A stretch of 64,000 bases of DNA, taken from assembly GCA_963745235.1 (NCBI GenBank), contig CAVUXE010000035.1, positions 256,001 to 320,000 on the forward strand. Direction: 5' to 3'. The notes under the pieces are model-generated. The model ran no database searches, was not told the DNA's origin, and saw only the letters and a list, made by a program, of their open reading frames with translations. Positions 49,042 through 58,833 of this stretch are shown piece by piece (the stretch's first letter is position 1; each line of letters starts with the position of its first letter). This DNA comes from an uncultured Spirochaetota bacterium (GTDB taxonomy: Bacteria > Spirochaetota > Spirochaetia > SZUA-6 > Fen-1364). A program made the translations under genes and the position numbers.

Positions 49042-49373
49042 CAGGTGTTGACGATGGAAGGAAAGAGCCCTTGTGCCGTGAAGTCGCCGATGGTGGACTG
49101 TTTGACTCTGTAATAGCATCCTGCGCTACGACGGCCCTGAACCTCCCTCAGCTTCTCAAGGCACAGGTGGTAGCCGGGAAACGCTTCGGCGGAGAAGGAA
49201 AACAGGTAAACGACTGAGCGATCCGCCTCGTCAAATCCGAGCAAACGGCATGCCCCGCTCAGGATATGTCGTAGACCATGCAGGATGATCCGGTCGTGCG
49301 TACCGCTGAGCTTGTACTGCCAGAGTCCGTGCGCGTTGCCGACCTTCACGCTGACCACGTATACCCGGGACAT
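48969..49373 (-). CDS. Hypothetical protein (weak resemblance to DUF6717)
   Basis: AGGAGG RBS; FSAEAFPGYHL..RE..GCYY..PEKIF pattern. Confidence 0.5.
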   Translation of the reverse strand: MSRVYVVSVKVGNAHGLWQYKLSGTHDRIILHGLRHILSGACRLLGFDEADRSVVYLFSFSAEAFPGYHLCLEKLREVQGRRSAGCYYRVKQSTIGDFTAQGLFPSIVNTCYLLAWPEKIFCKLEKSMTGGIVS

Positions 49374-49420
49374 CCCGCAACCCTCCTGGCCTGCCTATGT
49401 CGACCCACCAGGCTCCGGTG

Positions 49421-50449
49421 TCATGTCATCTTCCGGCAGGATCCTCGGTCCACCAGTTGCTGCTTCACCTTCAGCACGTGGATGTCCTCCGGGTGGCGGC
49501 GCAGCCTGTTCACGATGAGATCCGCCGAAATCTGCCCCATCAGCGCAGTGTTGATCTTCATTGTAGTGATCTGCGGCACAAATGGCTCGCCATAGTCCAG
49601 CACGTCACCCGGAGCGATGATTGACACGTCACCGGGTACCTGCATGCCCAACGCCGAGAGCTCCGCAATCACGCGGGCCGCGAAATAATCGTCATGCGCA
49701 AAGAGGGCCGTAGGCTTGTTGGGAAGGGAAAACAACCTGCGCAGACCGGCTCGCAGCAGCTCCCGGTCATGGAGGTCGGTTGTCAGCCGGAGGTCAGGGC
49801 TGAAGGGAACGGCAAACTCCTCCACCGCCTTTCGAAACCCGAAGAACCGGTCCACGACCACAGCCGGAAGCTCGGGCCGGGGATAATCGATGTATCCGAT
49901 GGAGGTGTGCCCGAGCCGCAGCAGGTGCAGACATCCCTCGTAGGCTCCCTGGAAATCATCCACACACACGGAATACAGCGTGTCCTGGTAATTGTTGTTC
50001 ATCACGACGACAACCGGGATCCCCATCTCCTCCAGATTGCGGAAAAGCTTTTCATTGCCGTAGTGGATGGAGAAGACGGCCTTGGCCTCATTCGCCAATA
50101 CCTTGGCGACCATGTCTTCCGCATCCGAGGAATAGAAAGTCGGAAGCAGGACAGGATAGAAGCCCTCACGGATCAGGCTTCGCTCGATCTCCACGATGAT
50201 GGGGCGGACGAAGTAGAAAATGTGAGCCCACGTGTCATCAACGGGCAGCAGGATCGTCACGGTGCCCGGGGCCTGGGATGGGACCGGCGAACGGCGCTCC
50301 CGTCTTTGGTACCCGATCTTCTGCGCAGCCTGCGCGACCCTTTCCCGGACGGCAGCAGAGATCTTTCCCTTTCCTGACAGGGCGAGAGATGCGGTTGTAA
50401 GAGAAACCTTTGCCTCTTGGGCCACGTTCTGCAATTTTGGTCTTGGCAT
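49421..50449 (-). CDS. LacI-family transcriptional regulator
   Basis: LQNVAQEAKVSLTTASLALS HTH; PTALFAHDD, VPGDVSI. Confidence 0.92.
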   Translation of the reverse strand: MPRPKLQNVAQEAKVSLTTASLALSGKGKISAAVRERVAQAAQKIGYQRRERRSPVPSQAPGTVTILLPVDDTWAHIFYFVRPIIVEIERSLIREGFYPVLLPTFYSSDAEDMVAKVLANEAKAVFSIHYGNEKLFRNLEEMGIPVVVVMNNNYQDTLYSVCVDDFQGAYEGCLHLLRLGHTSIGYIDYPRPELPAVVVDRFFGFRKAVEEFAVPFSPDLRLTTDLHDRELLRAGLRRLFSLPNKPTALFAHDDYFAARVIAELSALGMQVPGDVSIIAPGDVLDYGEPFVPQITTMKINTALMGQISADLIVNRLRRHPEDIHVLKVKQQLVDRGSCRKMT

Positions 50450-50462
50450 ATTCTCACTTGTT

Positions 50463-50624
50463 AGTGAAATTCACTTGACAGCCCTTATCTAATCAGCATT
50501 TTTTCCGCCTGTCAACGAACGAAATTCAAGGAAATCGTATTTTTATCGTGATTTTTTTCTTGACATCAGGTTGAATAGGGATAAAATGTGGTCCCACTGA
50601 TTCATCTTTCAGTAAAATTTCACT
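50463..50624. promoter_or_regulatory. Candidate LacI operators flanking a promoter
   Basis: Palindromes AGTGAAATTCACT (50463) and AGTAAAATTTCACT (50611); TTGACA-N16-TAAAAT at 50560-50587. Confidence 0.65.
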
Positions 50625-50643
50625 TGTATCTGGAGGGGGGCGC

Positions 50644-50967
50644 GTGTCCAGGCATGGCCAGGTAATTCGTCTGAAACCAGGAAAGCTCGAGGAGTACCGG
50701 AAGTACCACGCCAAGGCATGGCTGGGCGTCCTCGACATGATCACGAAGTGCAATATCCACAACTATTCCATCTTCTACAGGGATGGCTTCCTGTACGCGT
50801 ATTTCGAGTACACGGGAAAGGATTTTTCAGCCGACATGGCAAGAATGGCCGCCGATCCGGAAACACAGAGGTGGTGGGCAATAATGAACCCCATGCAGGA
50901 GCCTGTGGAAACCCGAGCAAAGGGTGAGTGGTGGGCCGAGATGGATGAAGTCTTCCACCTGGACTGA
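50644..50967 (+). CDS. rhaM: L-rhamnose mutarotase family protein
   Basis: EYRKYHAKAW, IHNYSIF, YFEY, RWW, EVFHLD. Confidence 0.88.
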   Translation: MSRHGQVIRLKPGKLEEYRKYHAKAWLGVLDMITKCNIHNYSIFYRDGFLYAYFEYTGKDFSADMARMAADPETQRWWAIMNPMQEPVETRAKGEWWAEMDEVFHLD

Positions 50968-50975
50968 GAAAGCGC

Positions 50976-52235
50976 ATGAGAATGACTCCTCGAGAGAGAG
51001 TGCTTGCCAGCATGGATCACCGGGAGCCGGACGGGGTGCCGGTGGACCTCGGCGCCACGCCGAGCTCCGGCATCTCTGTCATCGCCTACGGCCGGCTTGC
51101 CAGCCTCCTGGGCGTGCGCAACGGGCACAGCAGGATCTACGATGTTGTCCAGCAGTTGGCCCAGCCCGAGGAGACTGTCATAGAGAGGCTCGGCGTGGAC
51201 GTGCTGGACATAGGACGTACCTTCAATGCCAGTGATGATGACTGGCAGCCCACCCGGCTTTCCGACGGGAGCGCGGCGGAATATCCGCGGTGGTTCAATC
51301 CACAGCCGGGGCCGGAGGGGAGCTTCACTGTAAACGACCCGGACGGGACGCGGATAGCCTCCATGCCGGCGGGAGCGACTTTTTTCGATCAGACCTGCTT
51401 TCCCTACGAGGCTGGCTACCCCGCGGATTACCGTGACCTGCCCAAAGCCATGGCGAAGGTGCACTGGTCAGCCCTTGCGCACAGCCCGTGGGACCACGCG
51501 GGAGAGAGGGACTTCTGGAGCCGGCTGAGAGAAAATGCCCTCACGCTTCGGCGGGGCAGCAACCGGGCGCTGATGATCGTTTGCGGCTGCAACCTGTTCG
51601 AGTGGGGCACGTTCCTGCGCCGGCTGGACAACTTCCTGATGGACCTCTATACCGAGCAGGGAGAAGTCGAGAGGCTCCTGGACGCCCTCATGGAAGTACA
51701 TCTTTCAACGCTCGACAAGGTATGCTCTGCCGTTGGGGACGTGGCGGATGTGCTTCGGTTTGGAGATGACCTGGGTTTCGATGCCGGACCCTTCATGGCG
51801 CCGGATATCTACCGCAAGCTTTTCAAACCCAGGCATGCCGCGTTGTGCGCTTACGTGAGGAAGCACAGCCGCATGCGCACGTTCCTCCACTCCTGCGGTG
51901 GGATCGCCCCGCTTATCCCGGACCTGATCGATGCCGGCTTCGAGGCGCTCAACCCCGTCCAGACGAGCGCGCAGGGCATGGACCCCGTGGTCCTGAAGCG
52001 GGAGTTCGGCCATGATATCACATTCTGGGGCGGCGGCGCAGACACCCGGAGAATGCTCAACTTTGCGACTCCGCAGGAGGTGCGGCGCCATGTCCTGGAG
52101 CGACTGGGAATCCTGTCCCCGGGAGGGGGCTTCGTCTTTGCCGCGGTCCACAACATCATGCCCGACGTGCCTGCCGTGAACGCAGCCGCGATGTTCGAAG
52201 CGGTGGCAGAGTTCAACGGCGTCCGGGTATCCTGA
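50976..52235 (+). CDS. Uroporphyrinogen decarboxylase/MtaA-CmuA family protein
   Basis: MTPRERV..H.EPD.VP, FGDDLG, FLHSCG, LNPVQ, GGGFVFAAVHNI. Confidence 0.88.
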   Translation: MRMTPRERVLASMDHREPDGVPVDLGATPSSGISVIAYGRLASLLGVRNGHSRIYDVVQQLAQPEETVIERLGVDVLDIGRTFNASDDDWQPTRLSDGSAAEYPRWFNPQPGPEGSFTVNDPDGTRIASMPAGATFFDQTCFPYEAGYPADYRDLPKAMAKVHWSALAHSPWDHAGERDFWSRLRENALTLRRGSNRALMIVCGCNLFEWGTFLRRLDNFLMDLYTEQGEVERLLDALMEVHLSTLDKVCSAVGDVADVLRFGDDLGFDAGPFMAPDIYRKLFKPRHAALCAYVRKHSRMRTFLHSCGGIAPLIPDLIDAGFEALNPVQTSAQGMDPVVLKREFGHDITFWGGGADTRRMLNFATPQEVRRHVLERLGILSPGGGFVFAAVHNIMPDVPAVNAAAMFEAVAEFNGVRVS

Positions 52236-52247
52236 AAGGAGCGTCTC

Positions 52248-53242
52248 GTGGAGTTGACGACGCGCCCGGCGCCCGGTCGGAGAAACATCTTCCGCTCTTT
52301 CCTTCGTCGCACGGATGCGAGTGCAATCATCGCGACGGTTGTCCTTTTTGTCGTGTTTTCCAGCGCAACGGAGAACTTCTTTACCCCGTTCAACCAGTTC
52401 AACGTCTGGCGAGCCGCCTCGCAGAACGTGTTCATCGCGCTCGGCCAGGCCATGGTGGTCCTCATCGGGGGCATGAACCTTTCCCTCGGGGCAATCGGCG
52501 GCCTCACCGTGGTCATCCTGGGTCACTCCATCGAGATCCTTGGTTTTCCCGTCTGGGTGGCGGTGATCCTTGCGCTCCTGGCCGGCGTAGGCTGCGGGGT
52601 TGTCAACGGCTTTTTCATCAGCCGGTTCAAGCTGAACTCTTTCGTCGTCACCCTGGCCACGAGCTTCATTTTCCAGGGCCTTGTGAACGGCATCTCCCAG
52701 GGCAGGCCGTACTCCAAGATTCCCGCGCAGTTCACCCTGCTGGGGAAGGGGGACATCCTGGGAATCCCCAACATGGTGTTCCTTATGGCGGCCGCTCTCT
52801 TTGTCGTGTTTTTCGCCTTCCGCTACACGGTGATCGGCCGGCGCCTCCTGGCGGTGGGAGGGAACGTGGAGGCCGCGCGTCTTTCGGGGATCAAGACGGG
52901 CGGATGATCATGCTCGCAAACGTCCTGTCCGGGGTCTGCGCTTCCGTTGCGGCAATCCTGTGGGTCTCCCGCATGGGAACGGCCCAGCCGGCAACCGGTG
53001 GGGACTGGCTCATCGTGTCTTTTGCCGTGACGGTGATCGGGGGAACCGCCCTTTCCGGCGGCACCATCAGCGCTTTGGGCTTCCTGTTCTCCGGGCTGCT
53101 CATGGCGCTCATCAGGAACGGCCTGATCATGATCGGTGTGAACGTCTATTTCGAGGCGACATTCCTCGGGGTCATCATCCTGCTTGCCGTGATGGTGGAG
53201 TACTTCCGGCTGGGCGTTTCCAGCCGGGCAAAGAAGCTGTGA
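52248..53242 (+). CDS. Sugar ABC permease, frameshift at about 52900
   Basis: GGMNLS, FVVTLA, AVGGNVEAARLSG, then VIGGTALSGG in the second frame. Confidence 0.88.
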
Positions 53243-53301
53243 GAGGGTGGGACCGTTGGTTCCGCTGTTACTTTTTTCCAGAGGTGAGAGGAGGGCTTGA
53301 G

Positions 53302-54286
53302 ATGAAAAAGATTCTGGGAGTCGTGGTGGCGCTGGTTTTCGTGGCGGCTTTCGTCGGCGCGGCGCCGGCGAAGTTCGTGTGGTACATCCCAGCTCCGCAT
53401 CCGTACTTCGACACGGTGAAGGTCGGCGTCGAGGCGTTCGCGAAGGACTACAACATCGCAGTCAAGGAGCAGGTGGGTCCGGACTGGAACATGGACAGCG
53501 AGAACACCGGCGTGCTGGCGCTCGCAGCCGAAGGATACAACTTCTTCTCTGTCTATCCATCCGACGCCAGCGCGGCGAACGGGCTGTATGACGAGGTGGT
53601 GAAGAGAGGCGGGAAGGTCGTCAACTTCGGCGCTTCCACCTTCGAGCCCACGCCGGCGAGCTTCGCCGTCCGCACCGACGTCAAGGACGCGGCAATGGTG
53701 GCGGCAGAGTTCCTGATCGGCAAGATGGGCAAGAAGGGCACCCTGGTGGACGTGCTGGAGGTCCTGGAAGACCCCAACACCAAGCTGCGCAAGGAAGGCA
53801 TTCGAGCAGGTTGCGGCGAAGTACCCCGACATCAAGATCGTTGAAGTGGCGGGGATCAAGAGCGAGCAGGAAGCGGTAGAGAAGATCGAAGCGGCCATCG
53901 CGGGCGCGGGCGGCTTTGTTGACGGCATCATCTGCACCGGCTACGTTCCGACCGTTGCCCTGTCCAAGATCCTCACGAACTACGAGACCAAGTACAAGAA
54001 ACACATCCGCGGCGTGGGCATCGACACGGACCCCGTGACCATGAAAGCTATTGAAGACGGGTACCTGGAAGGGACCATCTCCCAGAACCCGTACGGCCAC
54101 GGCTACCTGTCACTCCTGGCTCTCAAGTACATGTCCGAGGGATGGAAGCCCCGGCCGGGCGCTTACAACATCAACGCCGGCATCGTGATGGTTACCAAAG
54201 CAAACCTGACCACATACAACAACGATCTGACCAAGGTCACCAACCAGATCAAGGCCGACATGACCAAGAAGTACCTGACAAAGTAG
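53302..54286 (+). CDS. Sugar ABC substrate-binding protein, +1 frameshift at about 53801
   Basis: Signal peptide; HPYF; GID..T..AI.DG..GTISQNPYGHGY in the second frame. Confidence 0.87.
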
Positions 54287-54360
54287 GCAGGTACCGGGAC
54301 ACGCAGAACGGGCTTCCGGCCACGCGCCGGAGGCCCTCTTTCGTGAAAGGGTGAGACGCA

Positions 54361-55866
54361 ATGCTCGAAGTGCGGTCGGTCAGCAAGAGCTTTCCCGGCG
54401 TGAAGGCGCTGGACGGGGTGAGTGTCTCCTTTGCTCCCGGCACCATCCACGCTCTCCTGGGTGAGAACGGCGCCGGCAAGAGCACGCTGATGAAGATCAT
54501 CTGCGGCATCTACGGCCCCGACGAGGGGGAGATGCTGATGGAGGGCCGGCGCCTCCAGCTTCGCGACACCTTCGAGGCGCTCAAGCACAGGATCAGCATC
54601 GTCCACCAGGAGATCCAGGTGGTCCCCCGCGCTTCCATCGCGGAGAACGTCATGCTGGACAAGCTGGACCGGTACCGCCGCGGGCTTGCCATCGACTGGA
54701 AGAGGCTCAATCGGGACGCCGCGGAGTTCATGGCCATGGTGGACCTTACCCTGCCTCCGGAAACTCCCGTGGCCGAGCTGAGCGCTGCCCAGAAGCAGCT
54801 CGCCCAGATTGCGCGCGCTCTTTCCGACGGAGCCGTCGTGCTCCTCCTGGATGAGCCCACGTCGTCCCTCACCTTGCACGAGGCGGACCGCTTGTTCGAG
54901 CTGCTGCGAAAGCTCAAGGGGCAGGGGGTCACCATCGTATTCGTGTCTCACAAGCTGGAAGAGGTCATGGCCTTGTGCGACGTGGTCACCGTGCTGCGCG
55001 ACGGGAAGTTGATCGGCACGCGGCCGCGCTCCGAGTTGACACGGGAACAGATCATCACGATGATGATCGGCCGCAGCACCATCGAGAGGTGGCGCGGGCT
55101 CCTGCCCGCGAACAGGGAGAAGCCGGTGCTGGAGGTGCGGGACCTGAAGAGCGGCCTGTTCAAAGGCCTGAGCCTGACCCTGTACGAGGGTGAGATCCTT
55201 GGCCTGTATGGCCTGGTGGGCTCCGGGCGCACCGAGCTGGCCAAGACCATAATCGGGGAGTATCGCTCGGAGCCGGGAGCCATCTTCGTCAAGGGACGGA
55301 AGGCACGGATAGATTCCATGGCGGACAGCCTGCATCGCTACCACATCGGCTATGTGAGCGAGAACCGGAAGGAAGAGGGCCTGATCCTGAGCGCATCGGT
55401 GACGACCAACCTCACCATCACTGTCTGGAATCGCCTTCGGAGCAGGGTGTTGCGGATCCTCAGGCCGGCGCGGGAGATGGACCAGGCGGAGAAGACAATC
55501 CGGGGACTGGACATAAAGACGCCCCATGCCTCCCAGACGGTGAACAACCTCTCCGGCGGGAACCAGCAGAAAGTGTCCATTGGCAAGTGGCTCGTTGCGG
55601 ACTGCGATATCCTGATCGTTGACGAGCCCACTGTCGGGGTGGACGTCGGCGCGAAGGAATACATCCACGACCTCATCTGGAAGATGGCAAAGGAGGAGGG
55701 GAAGAGCATCATCCTGATCTCCTCCGACATGCCGGAGCTGGTGCAGCTGTCACGACGCATCCTGGTTTTCAAGAACTACGCCGTTGTCGGGGAGCTGGAC
55801 GACCTGAATGAGAGCGAGCGATCCCTGGACGAGACCAGCATGAGAATCGGCAGGTACCTTGCCTGA
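54361..55866 (+). CDS. Sugar ABC transporter ATP-binding protein
   Basis: [35 protein letters not shown]. Confidence 0.95.
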   Translation: MLEVRSVSKSFPGVKALDGVSVSFAPGTIHALLGENGAGKSTLMKIICGIYGPDEGEMLMEGRRLQLRDTFEALKHRISIVHQEIQVVPRASIAENVMLDKLDRYRRGLAIDWKRLNRDAAEFMAMVDLTLPPETPVAELSAAQKQLAQIARALSDGAVVLLLDEPTSSLTLHEADRLFELLRKLKGQGVTIVFVSHKLEEVMALCDVVTVLRDGKLIGTRPRSELTREQIITMMIGRSTIERWRGLLPANREKPVLEVRDLKSGLFKGLSLTLYEGEILGLYGLVGSGRTELAKTIIGEYRSEPGAIFVKGRKARIDSMADSLHRYHIGYVSENRKEEGLILSASVTTNLTITVWNRLRSRVLRILRPAREMDQAEKTIRGLDIKTPHASQTVNNLSGGNQQKVSIGKWLVADCDILIVDEPTVGVDVGAKEYIHDLIWKMAKEEGKSIILISSDMPELVQLSRRILVFKNYAVVGELDDLNESERSLDETSMRIGRYLA

Positions 55867-55870
55867 TTCC

Positions 55871-56588
55871 ATGAAAGAATCACCCGGCAGCGCCGGGCAG
55901 AGGATGCGGCGGATCCTGGCCCTGGCCGGCTTCCCTATCCTCCTGGCCGTGATCATTGTTCCCGTGATTGTGTTTCGCCACGAAGTATGGACCCTGTTCA
56001 CATCGGTGAAGACGCTCGAGGCGTGGGTTCACGCCAGCGGCTCCCTTGCGCCAATGGTCTTCATCGGTGTCCAGGTCATCCACGTCATTGTCTTCGTTAT
56101 CCCGGGCGAAGCCGTCCAGATCGCGGGAGGGTATCTTTTCGGGACCTGGCGGGGCACGCTGTATTCGACCATCGGCGTGCTGATTGGCTCCCCGATCGAC
56201 TTCTATCTTGCCCGATCCCTCGGCGTCCCTTTTGTAAACGCGCTGTTCAGCGCCGAAAGGGTGGAGAGGCTGAAGGCGCCGCTCGGATCCCCGAGCTCGA
56301 AAATCGCCCTGTTCCTTCTTTTCCTGATCCCCGGGATCCCCAAGGACGCCCTCTGCTATGTTGCCGGCTTGTCGCCCCTGCGTTTCCGCTTCTTCATTCT
56401 TGCCTCCATGGCGGCGAGGCTTCCTGGTATCTTCGGCAGCTCACTCATTGGAAGCTCGGCAGCGGACAGGAAGTGGATACTGGCAGGCGCAGTCTTCGCT
56501 GGAGCGTCGCTTCTGTTTGCCGCCGGCTTTTTTCCTGCGCGGAAGAATCGAGCATTGGCTCCAGCATCGTCATACCAGGGATGGGTAG
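55871..56588 (+). CDS. TVP38/TMEM64 (VTT/DedA-like) membrane protein, +1 frameshift in T-run at 56528-56533
   Basis: IPGE..GGYLFG, FLIPGIPKD.LCYVAGL, RLPG; C-terminus FFLRGRIEHWL in the shifted frame. Confidence 0.82.
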
Positions 56589-56746
56589 CGTTCTGTTCAG
56601 TCCGGCGTTTGCAAAATTCATTTCTTTGCGAGAAGATAGGATATGCAAGCGTCTGTTTCCCGCGAAAGGCGGCAGAGCCTTTCATTGCAGGGCAATTGCA
56701 TGATCGTGGTGGAGAAACATTCCACGTCCGCTGGGAGGTATTTGAC

Positions 56747-56953
56747 ATGACAGATCAACGCTCGGATAAAGAGAAGATCGGCGAGTTTCTTGTGAAAATA
56801 GGAGCCATGAAGCAGTGGCAGGTGGAGGACATCCTCAAGGTCCAGAAGTCGGGCGACCCTCGGATGTTCGGAGAGCTCGCCATCTCTCAGGGTTACATCG
56901 ATGACGCGGCTCTCATGAAGTACGTCGAATCGAAATCGACGGGAGAAGCATGA
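56747..56953 (+). CDS. Stand-alone MshEN-like (c-di-GMP-binding motif) 68-aa protein
   Basis: GGAGG RBS; tandem motifs KIGEFLVKIGAMKQWQVEDILKVQ and RMFGELAISQGYI. Confidence 0.7.
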   Translation: MTDQRSDKEKIGEFLVKIGAMKQWQVEDILKVQKSGDPRMFGELAISQGYIDDAALMKYVESKSTGEA

Positions 56954-57978
56954 CGGTCGGCATCACGTACGACCTGCGTTCCGAATGGCTCGCGCTTGGC
57001 TATTCTGAGCTGGAGACGGCGGAGCTCGACAGGGAAGAGACCGTTGAATCGGTCGAAGCGGCGCTCCGCGCGGATGGGTTTCTCACCGAGCGGATAGGAA
57101 ACTTCCGCAGCCTGATCAGGGCGCTCTCCGCCGGCAGAAAATGGGACCTCGTGTTCAATTTCTGCGAGGGGATGCACGGGCTCGGCAGGGAAGCCCTGGT
57201 GCCCGCGCTTCTTGACGAGCACCGGATTCCGTACACCTTCTCGGATCCCGCGGTCCTGGCCGTCTGTCTGCACAAGGGTCTGGCAAAACGGGTGGTCCGC
57301 GACGCCGGAGTCCGCACGCCGGACTTCGCCATCGTGCAGACGCTGGCAGACGTTGACCGCGTGACGCTGCCGTATCCCCTCTTTGCCAAGCCGGTTGCCG
57401 AAGGGACTGGCAAGGGCGTCACGCCGCGCTCCCGGATCGAAAGCTCCGCGGACCTTCGCGAGGTGTGCCGCGCTCTGCTGAAGGAATATCGCCAGCCTGT
57501 CCTCGTGGAGGAATACCTGCCGGGCAGGGAGTTCACGACGGGAATCACGGGCACCGGTGCCGAGGCAGAGGCCGTGGGCACCATGGAGGTGATCATGCGG
57601 GACAGCGCGGAGCCTTTTGCCTACACCTATGTGAACAAGGAAGATTGCGACCGGCGGGTCGTTTACGAGCTGTCCCGCGGCGAGGAAGCGCAGGCCTGCG
57701 CGGACATTTCCCTTGCCGCCTGGAGGGCGCTGGGGTGCCGGGACGCGGGCAGGGTCGACATCCGGATGGACGGCAAGGGAAGGGTGAGCTTCATGGAAGT
57801 GAACCCGCTCGCCGGGCTGCACCCGTTGCATTCCGACCTCCCCATCATCTGTTCCATGGTCGGCATCAGCTTCCCGCAGCTCGTCCACAGGATCATGGCG
57901 TCAGCCCTGGGGCGGCGCGAGAGCCCATCACCGGGTTCGCCTGGTCCGAGACGAGCTTCCTGCGGACGCACGCGCTGA
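56950..57978 (+). CDS. D-Ala-D-Ala ligase-like ATP-grasp enzyme (non-canonical subfamily)
   Basis: VFNFCEG..GRE, IPYTFSD, FAKPVAEGTGKG, VEEYLPGREFT, RVDIR, EVNPLAGL. Confidence 0.85.
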   Translation: MTVGITYDLRSEWLALGYSELETAELDREETVESVEAALRADGFLTERIGNFRSLIRALSAGRKWDLVFNFCEGMHGLGREALVPALLDEHRIPYTFSDPAVLAVCLHKGLAKRVVRDAGVRTPDFAIVQTLADVDRVTLPYPLFAKPVAEGTGKGVTPRSRIESSADLREVCRALLKEYRQPVLVEEYLPGREFTTGITGTGAEAEAVGTMEVIMRDSAEPFAYTYVNKEDCDRRVVYELSRGEEAQACADISLAAWRALGCRDAGRVDIRMDGKGRVSFMEVNPLAGLHPLHSDLPIICSMVGISFPQLVHRIMASALGRRESPSPGSPGPRRASCGRTR

Positions 57979-58801
57979 ACTTGTCCAGCACCCACTCATA
58001 GCAGGGCGCGGGGAGCTTCTCCGGCCTGACGTCAGGCACATCGTTGTAGCTGTCAATCACTACCGCGGCGCGATCCTTCGTGATGCTCCATTCGACGGTG
58101 TTGAAATCAAGGCCCTGCGCCTCTGTCAGCGCCGCCGTTTTTTTCACCAGCTCATCGCTGACGTCCGCCAGGTCCCCCCTGCCCAGGAGCGAGTATTCCG
58201 CCATGTCGAACGGGCGAGGCGTCCAGCGGACAAGAAAAACGTCCCGGCTCTCGATGCAGAACGCCCGCACGTAATCCACGTGCTGGATGAGCTCCTGCAC
58301 CATGAGAACCCGGGAGTCCGAGAGGGACTCGTACAGGCTCCGCAAGGCAACCGGGGTTTCCGCTCGAAACACGTCCTGCCAGCCGTAGCCGTCCACCGGC
58401 TTGAGAATGCAGGGAAAGCCTACCCGCTCTTCCACTTCATTCCAGTCAGGCGGAGCGACGATTTCCCTCACATCCTCCGCGTGGTTGATTCGGGGAAGCA
58501 CAACTGTCCGGGGGTGACGGATGCCGAGTGAATCGTACAGCAGGAGCTCCGTGAGCTTGTCAGTGGTGAGGGTGAAGAAGGGGTTGTTGATGACGTATGC
58601 GCCGCCGCGCGCCCAATAGCGCAGGACGGTGCGCAGGTAGGAGTCGCAGAAGCTCACCCTGTCTATGATAACCCGATACGGAGAAGGACGCGGGTGGATC
58701 AGCTCCCCGAAACGGATGAACTCGGTGTCCAGGTCCGACAACCGCTGGACTACGCCGCGGATGAACGCGTTGTCCTTGAACTCGAGAATTCCGACCTTCA
58801 C
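57893..58801 (-). CDS. RimK/glutathione-synthase-like ATP-grasp protein
   Basis: IIDRVS, VINNPF..DK, PRTVVLP, FPCILKPVDGYGW, MVQELI; GTG start at 58801. Confidence 0.75.
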   Translation of the reverse strand: MKVGILEFKDNAFIRGVVQRLSDLDTEFIRFGELIHPRPSPYRVIIDRVSFCDSYLRTVLRYWARGGAYVINNPFFTLTTDKLTELLLYDSLGIRHPRTVVLPRINHAEDVREIVAPPDWNEVEERVGFPCILKPVDGYGWQDVFRAETPVALRSLYESLSDSRVLMVQELIQHVDYVRAFCIESRDVFLVRWTPRPFDMAEYSLLGRGDLADVSDELVKKTAALTEAQGLDFNTVEWSITKDRAAVVIDSYNDVPDVRPEKLPAPCYEWVLDKFSACVRRKLVSDQANPVMGSRAAPGLTP

Positions 58802-58833
58802 CGCCGCTGCGGCTCCGGATGCGGCATCAGGGC

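Noticed and set aside
56685-56700. sigma54-like site TTGCAGGGCAATTGCA upstream of the MshEN gene
   Set aside because: Lacks the invariant GG at -24.
55859-56953. 364-aa VTT-MshEN fusion protein
   Set aside because: Produced by a +1 slip in a T-run. The middle reads through AT-rich intergenic DNA, and the MshEN part has its own RBS.
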